Source of the DNA: a bacterium
Lineage (GTDB): Bacteria; Myxococcota_A; UBA9160; UBA6930
DNA: 64,000 bases
Assembly (NCBI GenBank): GCA_024226235.1
Contig: JAAELW010000062.1
Location: forward strand, 12,700-76,699
Reading direction: 5' to 3'
Below, piece after piece: positions 1 to 8,964 of this stretch. Numbering within the stretch: position 1 is the first letter of the stretch; every line of letters begins with the position of its first letter. The notes beneath the pieces were generated by a model. That model was not told where the DNA came from. It did no database searches and saw only the letters and a list, made by a program, of their open reading frames with translations. Position numbers and translations under genes: made by a program.

Positions 1-1319
1 CGGGTTCCCGGAATGCCGAGTGCCATATCGGCCGCGTGGGCTGCGATCTTGTAGGCGATGCATCCCTCCTTCACGTCATCGCGTTTCGGAAGTCCGAGGT
101 GTTCCTTCGGTGTGACATAACAAAGCATCGAAGCGCCGTGGTAGGCCGCAGCGGTGGCGCCGATGGAACTCGTGATGTGGTCGTAGCCCGGGAAGATGTC
201 GGTGACGATCGGGCCGAGCACGTAGAAGGGCGCGCCGTGGCAGAGCCGGCGCTGCAGCTTCATGTTGTACTCGATCTGATCGAAGGGCATGTGCCCGGGC
301 CCCTCGATCATCACCTGGCAGCCGTGGCGCCAGGCGCGTTCTGCCAGCTTGCCCATGGCCTCGAGCTCGCCCAACTGGGCGGCATCGCTGGCATCGGCGA
401 GCCCGCCGGGACGCAGGCCGTCTCCGATCGAGAAGGTCACGTCGTAGCGGCGCAAGACTTCACAGATGTCATCCCACAGCGTATGCATCGGGTTCTGTTT
501 GCCGTGGTGGATCATCCATTTGGCCAGCAGCGAGCCACCTCGGGAGACGATTCCGATCAGTCGCTGTTGTACCAGTGGAAGGTGCTCTTGCAGCACGCCG
601 GCGTGGATCGTGAAATAGTCGACACCCTGCTTCGCCTGGTGCTCGAGCTGGCCCAGAATGGTCACATCGTCCAGGTCTTCGATCCGACGGTCGACGATCA
701 TCGAGTACAGGGGAACGGTTCCGATCGGAACGGTCGAGCTCTGGATGATGGATAGGCGGGTCTTGTCGAGGTCTCCGCCCGTGGAAAGATCCATCACGGT
801 GTCGGCCTGCCAACGCTCGGCCCACTGCAGCTTTTCCACTTCTTCGCCGGTTCCGCTCGAGATGGGTGAGGCGCCCATGTTCGCGTTGACCTTCGTCTGG
901 CTGGCTCGGCCAATGGCCATCGGATCGAGCTCGTGCTGAAGGTGCATGCGGTTGGCGGGGATCACCATGCGCCCAGCCGCAATTTCATCGCGCACGAGTT
1001 CAGGTGTGAGGTGCTGCTCGCGTTCGGCGACTCGTTGCATTTCCGGCGTGATGACGCCCAGGCGCGCGTGCTCGAGCTGCGTGATCGCCTCGAAGCCCTC
1101 CGGCGCAACCGCAAAGCCCGAATCGTGATCCCGCGTCCAGCCCGGTGGAAGGAAATCCCATGCGGTCTTGTCCGAGGGCTCGGGCATGCCAGGTGTGTCC
1201 GGCGAGCTGAAGGCTCGGGCTCCGCCGATGTCCGGCGGGTTCGCGAAGCTCCCCGGCGTCGTGCCCTGGGCATTCGTGGAAGGGTTGTGGCCCAACGGGC
1301 GCTGCGGGACACCGATCAT
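1..1319 (-). CDS. thiC: phosphomethylpyrimidine synthase ThiC (C-terminal end runs off window start)
   Basis: The ORF is not in the track because it has no stop inside the window. My minus-strand translation from ATG 1319 (GGAG 8 nt upstream) reads MIGVPQRP...[49 protein letters not shown]...[12 protein letters not shown]...[18 protein letters not shown], which is the conserved ThiC core. The frame is consistent from 1319 down to base 3. Confidence 0.93.
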   Translation of the reverse strand, partial: MIGVPQRPLGHNPSTNAQGTTPGSFANPPDIGGARAFSSPDTPGMPEPSDKTAWDFLPPGWTRDHDSGFAVAPEGFEAITQLEHARLGVITPEMQRVAEREQHLTPELVRDEIAAGRMVIPANRMHLQHELDPMAIGRASQTKVNANMGASPISSGTGEEVEKLQWAERWQADTVMDLSTGGDLDKTRLSIIQSSTVPIGTVPLYSMIVDRRIEDLDDVTILGQLEHQAKQGVDYFTIHAGVLQEHLPLVQQRLIGIVSRGGSLLAKWMIHHGKQNPMHTLWDDICEVLRRYDVTFSIGDGLRPGGLADASDAAQLGELEAMGKLAERAWRHGCQVMIEGPGHMPFDQIEYNMKLQRRLCHGAPFYVLGPIVTDIFPGYDHITSSIGATAAAYHGASMLCYVTPKEHLGLPKRDDVKEGCIAYKIAAHAADMALGIPGT

Positions 1320-1373
1320 GACGACGCTCCAATACTTTCAAGGGAAAGCGGTCGGAGAGCCGATGCGGCACCC

Positions 1374-1455
1374 GAGCCTTTCCTACGCTCGCGCGAACGA
1401 GATCAGGTTCCAAGGGTTTCTTCTCAGGCCCATCATGCCGGCCACCCCCAGGCTC
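1374..1455 (-). promoter_or_regulatory. TPP (THI-box) riboswitch aptamer in the thiC leader
   Basis: The minus-strand RNA is GAGCCUGGGGGUGGCCGGCAUGAUGGGCCUGAGAAGAAACCCUUGGAACCUGAUCUCGUUCGCGCGAGCGUAGGAAAGGCUC. It contains the hallmark GGGGUG, CUGAGA, ACCC, AACCUGAUC and GCGUAGGAA elements. It is closed by P1 GAGCCU/AGGCUC and lies about 55 nt upstream of the thiC ATG. Confidence 0.9.
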
Positions 1456-1525
1456 CGGCCCAACCGTAGCAGCTTCCAGGGCCAGGAGACGAATCAGTGG
1501 ATTGCTGTTCGCTAGCCTCCGCGCG

Positions 1526-2059
1526 ATGCGTCTTCTCTCTCTCGTCCTCGGGCTCCTGCTGGCCCTCGGCTGCCATCGCAATGTCGAGCCCTATGATCCG
1601 AACGAGGGAATCGTGGAACCCGATCTCTCCCGCATCTTTCCCGAAGGTGCGGACCGCGCAGAGGAGGGCGCCCCAGTGATGGGTGCTGCCCCGCGCCCCT
1701 CACCACCGACGTCCTCGGATGCCGAGCCACTGCGCGGAACGATTCGCCTTGCGGAGGCATTGGCAGACCGGGTTCCGCCGGGTGCCGTCCTCTTCTTGAT
1801 TGCCCGCACCAGCCCCGAAGGTCCGCCCTCCGCGGTCAAGCGCATCTCCGATCCGAACTTCCCTCTCGAGTTCGCGCTCGGTCCGAGCGACCGCATGATC
1901 CAAGCAACGCCCTTCGCAGGCCCATTCCAGCTTTCGGTTCGCATCGACGCCGATGGCAACGCGATGACCCGCAACCCCGGCGATCTCCAAGGCAGGGCCA
2001 GCGGAAGCTACGAGCCCGGCACCGATGGGATCGAGCTGTTGATCGACGAGATCCTCTAG
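1526..2059 (+). CDS. predicted lipoprotein, function unknown
   Basis: ATG 1526 gives MRLLSLVLGLLLALGC, a signal peptide plus lipobox (the track ORF begins at TTG 1502). The C-terminal half only loosely recalls the CcmI/CycH C-terminal region. Confidence 0.6.
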   Translation: MRLLSLVLGLLLALGCHRNVEPYDPNEGIVEPDLSRIFPEGADRAEEGAPVMGAAPRPSPPTSSDAEPLRGTIRLAEALADRVPPGAVLFLIARTSPEGPPSAVKRISDPNFPLEFALGPSDRMIQATPFAGPFQLSVRIDADGNAMTRNPGDLQGRASGSYEPGTDGIELLIDEIL

Positions 2060-2084
2060 ATCAAGAGCCCCCTCTCCTGGCCTG

Positions 2085-4163
2085 CTAGTCGAGGGCCTCG
2101 ATCGAGTCGCTTGGTCCTGCGCAGACGAGACGATCGCCTGGTCGGAGGATGTCGTCAGGTCCGGGGACCCGCACTCCGCCTTCGGAAGATCTGATCAGCA
2201 GCACCTGTACGCCCGCCGCGCTGCGAAGATCGATCTGCTTCAGCGAGCGTCCGTGGTAGCGGCCCGGTGCGAGTACTTCCTTCATGAAGTAGCCGCCGCC
2301 GAGGTCGACCTGGTGTACGCGATCCACCACGCCCACAGTCGTCGCCACGCCACCCGCAAGATCCCGCCGCATCAACTCCTGGTTGTAAGCGGCCATGACG
2401 TCCCGGCGTGCAACGGTTCCAACGAGTCTTTCCGGATCGTCGTGTTCGACCACGGCGATCTCTTCGACCTGCTCGCTCGTCAAGATCTGCATCACCCGAT
2501 CCAAGTCGTCTTCGAGCGTGACGGAAGGGCGACCTGATTCCAGGAGATCGCCCGCTACGACGAGCGCTCGCAAGTGGTCCTGCTCCAGCAGGACACGGCG
2601 CAGTTCCGAGAAGTAGACCGCCCCCAGCAGACGATCATTCTCGACGACGAAGATCTCCGTACGGTTCGTTTCCACGATCTCCGTGAGGATTTCCTGGAGC
2701 CCGGCCGAGGCGCCGAGGACGCAGGGCTCCCGATCCACGATATCCCGCACGTAGAGGCTTTTCAGGAGGTTCGGATCGTCCTCCTGGTGGAGATCGATCC
2801 CGCGCCTGCTGAGTTTTTCAGTGTAGATCGAATCTCGGGAGAGGAACATTGCGACCAGGCTCGAGAGTACGCAGGCGGCCATCACGGGGGGGATGATGTC
2901 GATCGTCTGGGTCAGCTCGAAGATGATGATGATCGCAGAGAGCGGCGCGTGGGTCGTGGCTGCAACCATGGCCCCCATCGTGATCAGCGCGTAGGCGCCG
3001 GATTCAGAAGTCTGGAGCGGGTACCACTGTGGAAGCAGTTTGCCGAAGAGGCCACCGGTCATCGCACCGAGGAAGAGCGAGGGGGCGAAGATGCCACCGG
3101 AGCCTCCGGACCCGATCGTGATCGACGTCGCGAGAATCTTGACCACAAGGAGTACGCCTAGCATCGCAATCGGGAGATTGCCCGCGAGCGCATCGCCGAT
3201 CGTGCTGTATCCGACGCCCAGGACATGGGGGAAGAAGATGCCCATGCCGCCGATCATCAGGCCGCCCAGCGCGGCGCGCGTCCACTCTGGAGTCGGGGAG
3301 CGCTCGAACAGATCGTCGGTGAAGTACAGCACCTTCACGAATAGCGTACCGATGACGCCCGCCAGGACGCCGACGACCATGCTCGGCAGGAGCTCCAGGG
3401 GCCCCTGCAGCTCGAACTCCGGAACCACGAAGGCCGGATGGTTGCCGAGCATGTAACGAGACGTGACGGTCGCGACCACTGCGCTGATGACGATCGGGCT
3501 GAACTGGGTGACTGCGAAATCGCCGACGATCACCTCCACCGCAAACAGGGCTCCGGCGATCGGTGCATTGAAGGTTGCGGCGATGCCCGCGGCGGCACCG
3601 CAGCCGACGATCGTACGCAGCTGGCGGGCGGGTACCCTCAGCAACTGTCCGATCGCCGAACCGATCGCTGAACCGATCTGTACGATGGGTCCCTCACGTC
3701 CGACGGAGCCTCCGGACCCGATCGAGATCGCCGACGCGATCGTCTTTGCCGCGACGATGCGGGGACGGATCACGCCACCGCGCAGCGCCACTGCGTGCAT
3801 CACCTCCGGGACGCCGTGGCCCTTCGCCTCCCGGGCAAAGAAGTAGACCAGGGGCCCGACGATCAGTCCGCCGATGGCAGGGATCAGGAACAGGACATGG
3901 GGGGCCAGGGTTCCGGCGATCTCCCGCGGGTCTCCGGCGTCGGCCAGGAGTCCCTCGTCGATCACCGCGGTCACGCCCTCGAAACCGCCGAAGAAGAGAC
4001 CTTGGAAGAGCCGGATCAGCAGCCGGAAGACGACCGCGCCGAACGCTCCTGCGATGCCACAGGCGATCGCAACCATCACCATGAAGAGCTGGCCTCCGCG
4101 GCGCCCGCCCCTCTGCTCGATGTTCGCTGTCGCTGCTGCCATTCGGCGCGGATCGTACTGCAC
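2085..4163 (-). CDS. ClC-family chloride channel / H+-Cl- antiporter with C-terminal CBS pair and TrkA-C-like domain
   Basis: 692 aa. The ClC filter motifs GHGVPE, GREGP and GGIFAPSL are present in a polytopic region. A soluble tail follows with CBS-like repeats and an RCK-C-like end (an alternative ATG lies at 4142). Confidence 0.9.
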   Translation of the reverse strand: MQYDPRRMAAATANIEQRGGRRGGQLFMVMVAIACGIAGAFGAVVFRLLIRLFQGLFFGGFEGVTAVIDEGLLADAGDPREIAGTLAPHVLFLIPAIGGLIVGPLVYFFAREAKGHGVPEVMHAVALRGGVIRPRIVAAKTIASAISIGSGGSVGREGPIVQIGSAIGSAIGQLLRVPARQLRTIVGCGAAAGIAATFNAPIAGALFAVEVIVGDFAVTQFSPIVISAVVATVTSRYMLGNHPAFVVPEFELQGPLELLPSMVVGVLAGVIGTLFVKVLYFTDDLFERSPTPEWTRAALGGLMIGGMGIFFPHVLGVGYSTIGDALAGNLPIAMLGVLLVVKILATSITIGSGGSGGIFAPSLFLGAMTGGLFGKLLPQWYPLQTSESGAYALITMGAMVAATTHAPLSAIIIIFELTQTIDIIPPVMAACVLSSLVAMFLSRDSIYTEKLSRRGIDLHQEDDPNLLKSLYVRDIVDREPCVLGASAGLQEILTEIVETNRTEIFVVENDRLLGAVYFSELRRVLLEQDHLRALVVAGDLLESGRPSVTLEDDLDRVMQILTSEQVEEIAVVEHDDPERLVGTVARRDVMAAYNQELMRRDLAGGVATTVGVVDRVHQVDLGGGYFMKEVLAPGRYHGRSLKQIDLRSAAGVQVLLIRSSEGGVRVPGPDDILRPGDRLVCAGPSDSIEALD

Positions 4164-4189
4164 ACGGCCCCCGCTGCTAACCTGCGTCG

Positions 4190-4771
4190 ATGTCCTCGCA
4201 GAAGCCCCCGTCAGGGCTCCGTCTCTGGCCCGAACTCGACAGGGAGCACCTCGCGGACTGCAAGGTCTTTCAGGTGAGCCGAAGCTGGGTGCAGGTTCCC
4301 GGGGGCAACTCCCATCCCTTCTACCGGATCGACGCTGATTCCTGGGTGAACGTCGTGCCGGTCACGACTGCGGGGGAGGTGGTGATGATCCGCCAGTTCC
4401 GCCACGGCTCCCAGACCTTCACGCTGGAGATCCCGGGTGGTGTGGTTGACCCAGGGGAAGAGCCGGAGCGGGCGGCTGGCCGCGAACTCCAGGAGGAGAC
4501 CGGCTACCGCGCCGGCTCCCTGCGCCCGCTCGGCGACCTGAATCCCAACCCTGCCCTGTTTGGAAACAGGGTGTTCACGTTCATTGCAGAAGGATGCGAG
4601 CGCGTTGGCGAGATCGAGAACCCGGGTATGGAGGAGACCGTGGTGGAACTCGTGCCCCGGGCCGATCTGCCCGAGCGCACCCGGAACGGGGAGATCGACC
4701 ACGCGCTGGTGATCGCGGCATTGCACTTCTGGAGCATCGATCCCGGTTTCACCGATCCCGGTTCCGGCTGA
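4190..4771 (+). CDS. NUDIX hydrolase (ADP-ribose pyrophosphatase-like)
   Basis: Nudix box GGVVDPGEEPERAAGRELQEETGY. Confidence 0.85.
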   Translation: MSSQKPPSGLRLWPELDREHLADCKVFQVSRSWVQVPGGNSHPFYRIDADSWVNVVPVTTAGEVVMIRQFRHGSQTFTLEIPGGVVDPGEEPERAAGRELQEETGYRAGSLRPLGDLNPNPALFGNRVFTFIAEGCERVGEIENPGMEETVVELVPRADLPERTRNGEIDHALVIAALHFWSIDPGFTDPGSG

Positions 4772-4896
4772 TCCAAGCCGGCTTGGCTCGGGCGATTTCA
4801 CCCCAATATCTGCTGCGGTCTGCCGAGAGCCTTCAGGAACCCGTTCGGCCTTCCGATCACCCTACCAGCGCTCCTATACTGGTCTAAGCGCAGGGG

Positions 4897-6009
4897 GTGG
4901 ATGTGGCCGGGCCGCCGCTGTTCTCGATCCTGAACGAGGATGGAAGCTGCGAGGATGCACATCGCGGGCTCCTCTCGGACGACGAGGTTCGTCACGCGCT
5001 CGATTCGATGATCCTGAACCGGATCCTCGACCGACGCCTGCTGATGCTGCAACGCCAGGGCCGGCTCGGTTTCTGGATGACGAGCCGAGGCGAAGAGGCG
5101 ACGATCCTGGGGGCTGCGGCCGCACTGCTTCCCGACGATCCGATCTTCCTCTCCTACAGGGAGCTCGGTTGTCTGCTCTGGCGGCGCATTCCACTCCCGC
5201 TGATCTTCAATCAGCTGATCGGAAACAGCCGCGACCTGTGCCTCGGCCGCCAGATGCCCATCCACTATTGCTACAAGGAATGGGCGATCCCGTCGGTCTC
5301 GTCGCCAGTGGGGACCCAGCTGCCGCATGCCTGTGGTTTTGGCTACGCGGCGAAGTTGCGAAACACGGGCCAGGTCTCGCTGGCCTTCTGCGGCGAGGGA
5401 ACCGCCTCCGAGGGTGATTTCCATACGGCGCTCAACTTCGCCGGAGTGTTTTCGACTCCGACGATCTTCGTGATCCGGAACAATGGCTATGCGATTTCTA
5501 CGCCGGAATCCGTGCAGACCGCCGCCGAAAGTCTGGCCGCCCGAGCCGAAGGCTACGGGATGCCTGGCTACCAGGTGGATGGCAACGATCTCCTGGCGGT
5601 CGTGAAGGTGTTGGGCGAAGCGGTCGAGAACGCGCGCTCGGGGGGTGGCCCCACGTTGGTCGAAGCCATGACCTACCGGATGGGGGCTCACTCCACAGCC
5701 GACGATCCCAGCGCCTATCGTTCAGACGACGAAACGGCGGCATGGAATCGCCTCGATCCCTACGAGCGCCTCAAGCGCCATGGCTGCTGGCGGGGCGTGT
5801 GGAGTGACGAGGAGGATGCGACTGTCCAGACCAGCTGGGACGAACGGGTGACCTCCACGCTTGCCGAGTGCGAACGGCATCCGCCGCCCCGGGTAGAGAG
5901 CCTCTTCGAAGGCGTGCTCGAGACCGTCTCGCCTCAGCTCGAGGCCCAGCGTGATGCCTACCTTGCCGATCACCGCAGGCGACAGCGGGACGAGTTCGAG
6001 GTTCCCTAG
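4897..6009 (+). CDS. 2-oxoacid dehydrogenase E1 component, alpha subunit (TPP-dependent, BCKDH/PDH type)
   Basis: 370 aa with a GTG start. Shows the typical E1-alpha pattern (RLGFWMTSRGEEA, GEGTASEGDFHTALNFA, YRMGAHSTADDPSAYR). It lies 2 nt upstream of the E1-beta gene. Confidence 0.88.
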   Translation: MDVAGPPLFSILNEDGSCEDAHRGLLSDDEVRHALDSMILNRILDRRLLMLQRQGRLGFWMTSRGEEATILGAAAALLPDDPIFLSYRELGCLLWRRIPLPLIFNQLIGNSRDLCLGRQMPIHYCYKEWAIPSVSSPVGTQLPHACGFGYAAKLRNTGQVSLAFCGEGTASEGDFHTALNFAGVFSTPTIFVIRNNGYAISTPESVQTAAESLAARAEGYGMPGYQVDGNDLLAVVKVLGEAVENARSGGGPTLVEAMTYRMGAHSTADDPSAYRSDDETAAWNRLDPYERLKRHGCWRGVWSDEEDATVQTSWDERVTSTLAECERHPPPRVESLFEGVLETVSPQLEAQRDAYLADHRRRQRDEFEVP

Positions 6010-6011
6010 GC

Positions 6012-6995
6012 ATGGCGGAAACCGGCAGCCTCAACATGATCCAGGCGCTTGGCAACGCACTCGAGCACTACCTGGAGCGCAACGAGATGGCTGTCGTCCT
6101 CGGCGAGGACGTCGGCCACTTCGGAGGCGTCTTCCGGGTGACGGCCGGACTGCAGGAGAAGTACGGTTCCGCTCGGGTATTCGATACCCCCCTGGCCGAA
6201 GCCGGCATCGTCGGCATGGCGATCGGAATGGGTCTGGGTGGGCTTCGGCCGATCGTCGAGATCCAGTTCGCCGATTTCATCTTTCCGGCCTTCGACCAGA
6301 TCGTGAATGAGCTGGCGAAGTACCGCTACCGGAGTGGGGGGCAGTACGCCCCGCAGGTCCTGATCCGAACACCCTATGGCGGTGGGATTCGCGGCGGGCA
6401 CTATCACTCCCAGAGCCCCGAGGCATATTTCGCACACACGCCCGGTTTGCGCGTGGTCGTGCCGTCCGGCCCCTACGAGGCGAAGGGCCTGCTGCTCGGT
6501 GCACTCGAGTGTGCGGACCCGGTGATCTTCCTCGAACCGAAGCGCATCTACCGGGCGGCCAGAGGCGAGATTCCCCTCGACTACTACACCCTTCCCCTGG
6601 AGCATGCGCGGCTCGTCCGCAAAGGCGAGGACGTCACGTTGGTGGCGTGGGGAGCCATGCTTCATACCTGTCAGGAAGCGGCTGCGCTGGCCGAGGGTGA
6701 AGGCTACGACGTCGAGCTGATCGATCTGCAGAGCATCGTGCCCTATGACCTCCATACGCTCGTGCGTTCGGTGACGAAGACCGGCCGCATGGTCGTGGTG
6801 CACGAGGCACCGATGACCTGCGGATTCGGTGCGGAGCTTGTGGCAGCGGTGCAAGCCGAGGCGTTCGAGCACCTGCGAGCGCCACTCCAGCGGATCACTG
6901 GCTTCGACACGCCATTTCCCTACTCCCTCGAGGACCACTACCTGCCGAGTGCGGACCGCATTCTGCGTGGCCTCATCGGAACGATCGAGTACTAG
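6012..6995 (+). CDS. 2-oxoacid dehydrogenase E1 component, beta subunit
   Basis: 327 aa with a transketolase-like pyrimidine-binding and C-terminal domain pattern (RVFDTPLAEAGIVGMAIGMGLGGLRPIVEIQFADF). Confidence 0.9.
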   Translation: MAETGSLNMIQALGNALEHYLERNEMAVVLGEDVGHFGGVFRVTAGLQEKYGSARVFDTPLAEAGIVGMAIGMGLGGLRPIVEIQFADFIFPAFDQIVNELAKYRYRSGGQYAPQVLIRTPYGGGIRGGHYHSQSPEAYFAHTPGLRVVVPSGPYEAKGLLLGALECADPVIFLEPKRIYRAARGEIPLDYYTLPLEHARLVRKGEDVTLVAWGAMLHTCQEAAALAEGEGYDVELIDLQSIVPYDLHTLVRSVTKTGRMVVVHEAPMTCGFGAELVAAVQAEAFEHLRAPLQRITGFDTPFPYSLEDHYLPSADRILRGLIGTIEY

Positions 6996-6997
6996 AG

Positions 6998-8344
6998 ATG
7001 TACAGCTTCAGACTTCCGGACATTGGTGAAGGCGTCATCGAGGCCGAGGTGGTCGATTGGAAAGTCGCCGTCGGCGATGAGGTTGGGCTCGATCAGATCC
7101 TCGTCGAGTTGATGACGGACAAGGCCAATGTGGAGATTCCTTCTCCAGTCGCAGGGAGAGTGACGAAGCTGCCCTTCGCCGAAGGCGAGATCGTGCCCGT
7201 GGGAGAGGTATTGATAGAAATCGATGACGGAGCCTCGGAATCGCGACCGTCTGCCCAGCCGAAGCGAGCGGCACCTCCGGCTCCGACCACCCGAGCGGCA
7301 GCTCCGGCTCCGACCACCCGCAAGGTACCCTCGGTGCCCGCCACGTCGCCGGGCGCCAGCGCGCCGCCCTCCATGCCTTCCCGACCCGTGTCCGGCCAAC
7401 GAGCGACCGTCGGTCACGGAGCGGAAAGTGCTCGGGCCGTTCCCGCAGTTCGCGCGCTGGCGGAGCGGCTCGGCATCGACCTGGCGACTTTGTCGGGAAG
7501 CGGACCGGGCGGTCGGGTGATGCGTCGAGACGTCGAGTCGGCAGCTTCTCGCCCCGCAGCCAAAACCGAAACGGATGCACCGATCGAGGGAGATCAGGCC
7601 GCACCGACCCCTGAACGCATCGATCGCGATGATCCCGGGGACTGGGAGCGCAAGCCCCTGCGAGGAATCCGCCGCGCGATCGCTCGACACATGCAGGAGG
7701 CGCGACGCCGTGCTGCCCACTTCACCTACGTCGAAGAGCTCGATGTCACCCTGCTGATGGCAGAGCGAGCCCGAACCGCCGCTGATCTCTCGCCGCTGGC
7801 GTTCATTGCAAATGCGGTCTTGCGCGCACTGCCCTCGTATCCACAGCTCAATGCCAGTATCGACGACGAAAGCGGGGAGATCATCTTCAAGGGCCGAGTC
7901 CATCTGGGGATCGCGGCGGCGGCCAGAGATGGACTCGTCGTTCCGGTGATCTCGAATGCCCAGATTCTCGATACGCGAAGCCTGTCCGAGCAGATCACCG
8001 GGATGGCCGAGCGGGCGCGGGAAGGCACACTCGTGCCTGCCCAGCTGCGCGGCGGCACATTCACGATTTCATCGCTCGGAAAGCTCGGTGGGATCGTTTC
8101 GACTCCGATCGTCAACCATCCGGAAGTCGCGATTCTCGGAGTCAATGCGGTTCGCACGCTGCCACGCTATGTGGTCGATGTGCTGCAACCCCGGGACGTG
8201 ATGAATCTCTCGATCAGCGTCGACCACCGCATCACCGATGGCCAGGAGGCTGCACTCTTCGTGCGCGACCTGGCCACCATCTTGGAGAGCGCCGACTTCC
8301 CGGATGTTTTCGAAGGAAGAACCGGGGTGGAGGAACGAATATGA
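6998..8344 (+). CDS. dihydrolipoamide acyltransferase E2 component
   Basis: Lipoyl domain (ELMTDKANVEIPSP), an Ala/Pro linker, a peripheral-subunit-binding domain (AVPAVRALAERLGIDL) and a catalytic domain with DHRITDG. Confidence 0.9.
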   Translation: MYSFRLPDIGEGVIEAEVVDWKVAVGDEVGLDQILVELMTDKANVEIPSPVAGRVTKLPFAEGEIVPVGEVLIEIDDGASESRPSAQPKRAAPPAPTTRAAAPAPTTRKVPSVPATSPGASAPPSMPSRPVSGQRATVGHGAESARAVPAVRALAERLGIDLATLSGSGPGGRVMRRDVESAASRPAAKTETDAPIEGDQAAPTPERIDRDDPGDWERKPLRGIRRAIARHMQEARRRAAHFTYVEELDVTLLMAERARTAADLSPLAFIANAVLRALPSYPQLNASIDDESGEIIFKGRVHLGIAAAARDGLVVPVISNAQILDTRSLSEQITGMAERAREGTLVPAQLRGGTFTISSLGKLGGIVSTPIVNHPEVAILGVNAVRTLPRYVVDVLQPRDVMNLSISVDHRITDGQEAALFVRDLATILESADFPDVFEGRTGVEERI

Positions 8345-8964
8345 GTGAAGCCGCGTTCCACGAATTGAAGATTGGTGAGAGGATTCGCCGTCTGCGAGGG
8401 GATCGCTCGCTCGACCTGGCAAGCGTTGCTGAGAAGACGGGGATTGCGGCAGAGCAATTGGCGGCCTTCGAAGCGGATGCGGCGGTACCGGCCGTCGGCG
8501 ACCTGGCACGTCTGGCCAGCTGTTTCGAGGTGAGTGTCGGCCATTTCTTCCAGACCACGCTGCCAGAAAAGCGCATCGAGGTGGTGCACGCCGACCAGCG
8601 CTGGAGCGTACGCGCTGGAGGCGATACCGCAGCCGGGCTCGGCTACCGCTACCAGGCGCTCTCCCACGGCTTGACCGAAAAGTTGATGGCGCCCTTCCTG
8701 GTGGAAGTGCCCCCTGGCCAGGAACGTCCGCTAAAGCCCAGCAGCCACGAAGGTGAGGAATTCATGTTCGTGCTGGCCGGACAGTTGGAAGTGGAGGTCG
8801 GCGGTGATGTCCACCGGCTCGGTCCGGGCGATGCCATCTACTACGATTCGCGCCTCCCGCATACGCTGCGCTCACTCGAAGGCAGCACGGTCAAGCTGTT
8901 GGCCTGCATCGCGCAGGCGCGTCGGGCTGATACGGAGAACCCGATCGGGAGGGCGTATCGATGA
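8341..8964 (+). CDS. XRE-family HTH transcriptional regulator with C-terminal cupin domain
   Basis: N-terminal HTH_3-like segment (IGERIRRLRGDRSLDLASVAEKTGIAAEQLAAFE) and a C-terminal cupin (HEGEEFMFVLAGQLEVEV...GDAIYYDSRLPH). It has 4-nt overlaps with both neighbours. Confidence 0.8.
   Translation: MSEAAFHELKIGERIRRLRGDRSLDLASVAEKTGIAAEQLAAFEADAAVPAVGDLARLASCFEVSVGHFFQTTLPEKRIEVVHADQRWSVRAGGDTAAGLGYRYQALSHGLTEKLMAPFLVEVPPGQERPLKPSSHEGEEFMFVLAGQLEVEVGGDVHRLGPGDAIYYDSRLPHTLRSLEGSTVKLLACIAQARRADTENPIGRAYR

Noticed and set aside
36-1581. Track ORFs at the window start (36-755 +, 933-1469 +, 1000-1581 - and others).
   Set aside because: All overlap the real minus-strand thiC and its riboswitch leader, and none has a recognisable motif.
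7275-7320. A 19-bp segment (ctccggctccgaccacccg) repeated with a 27-bp period inside the E2 gene.
   Set aside because: It encodes the Ala/Pro-rich inter-domain linker (APPAPTTRAAAPAPTTR). This is ordinary linker low complexity, not a CRISPR or regulatory repeat.
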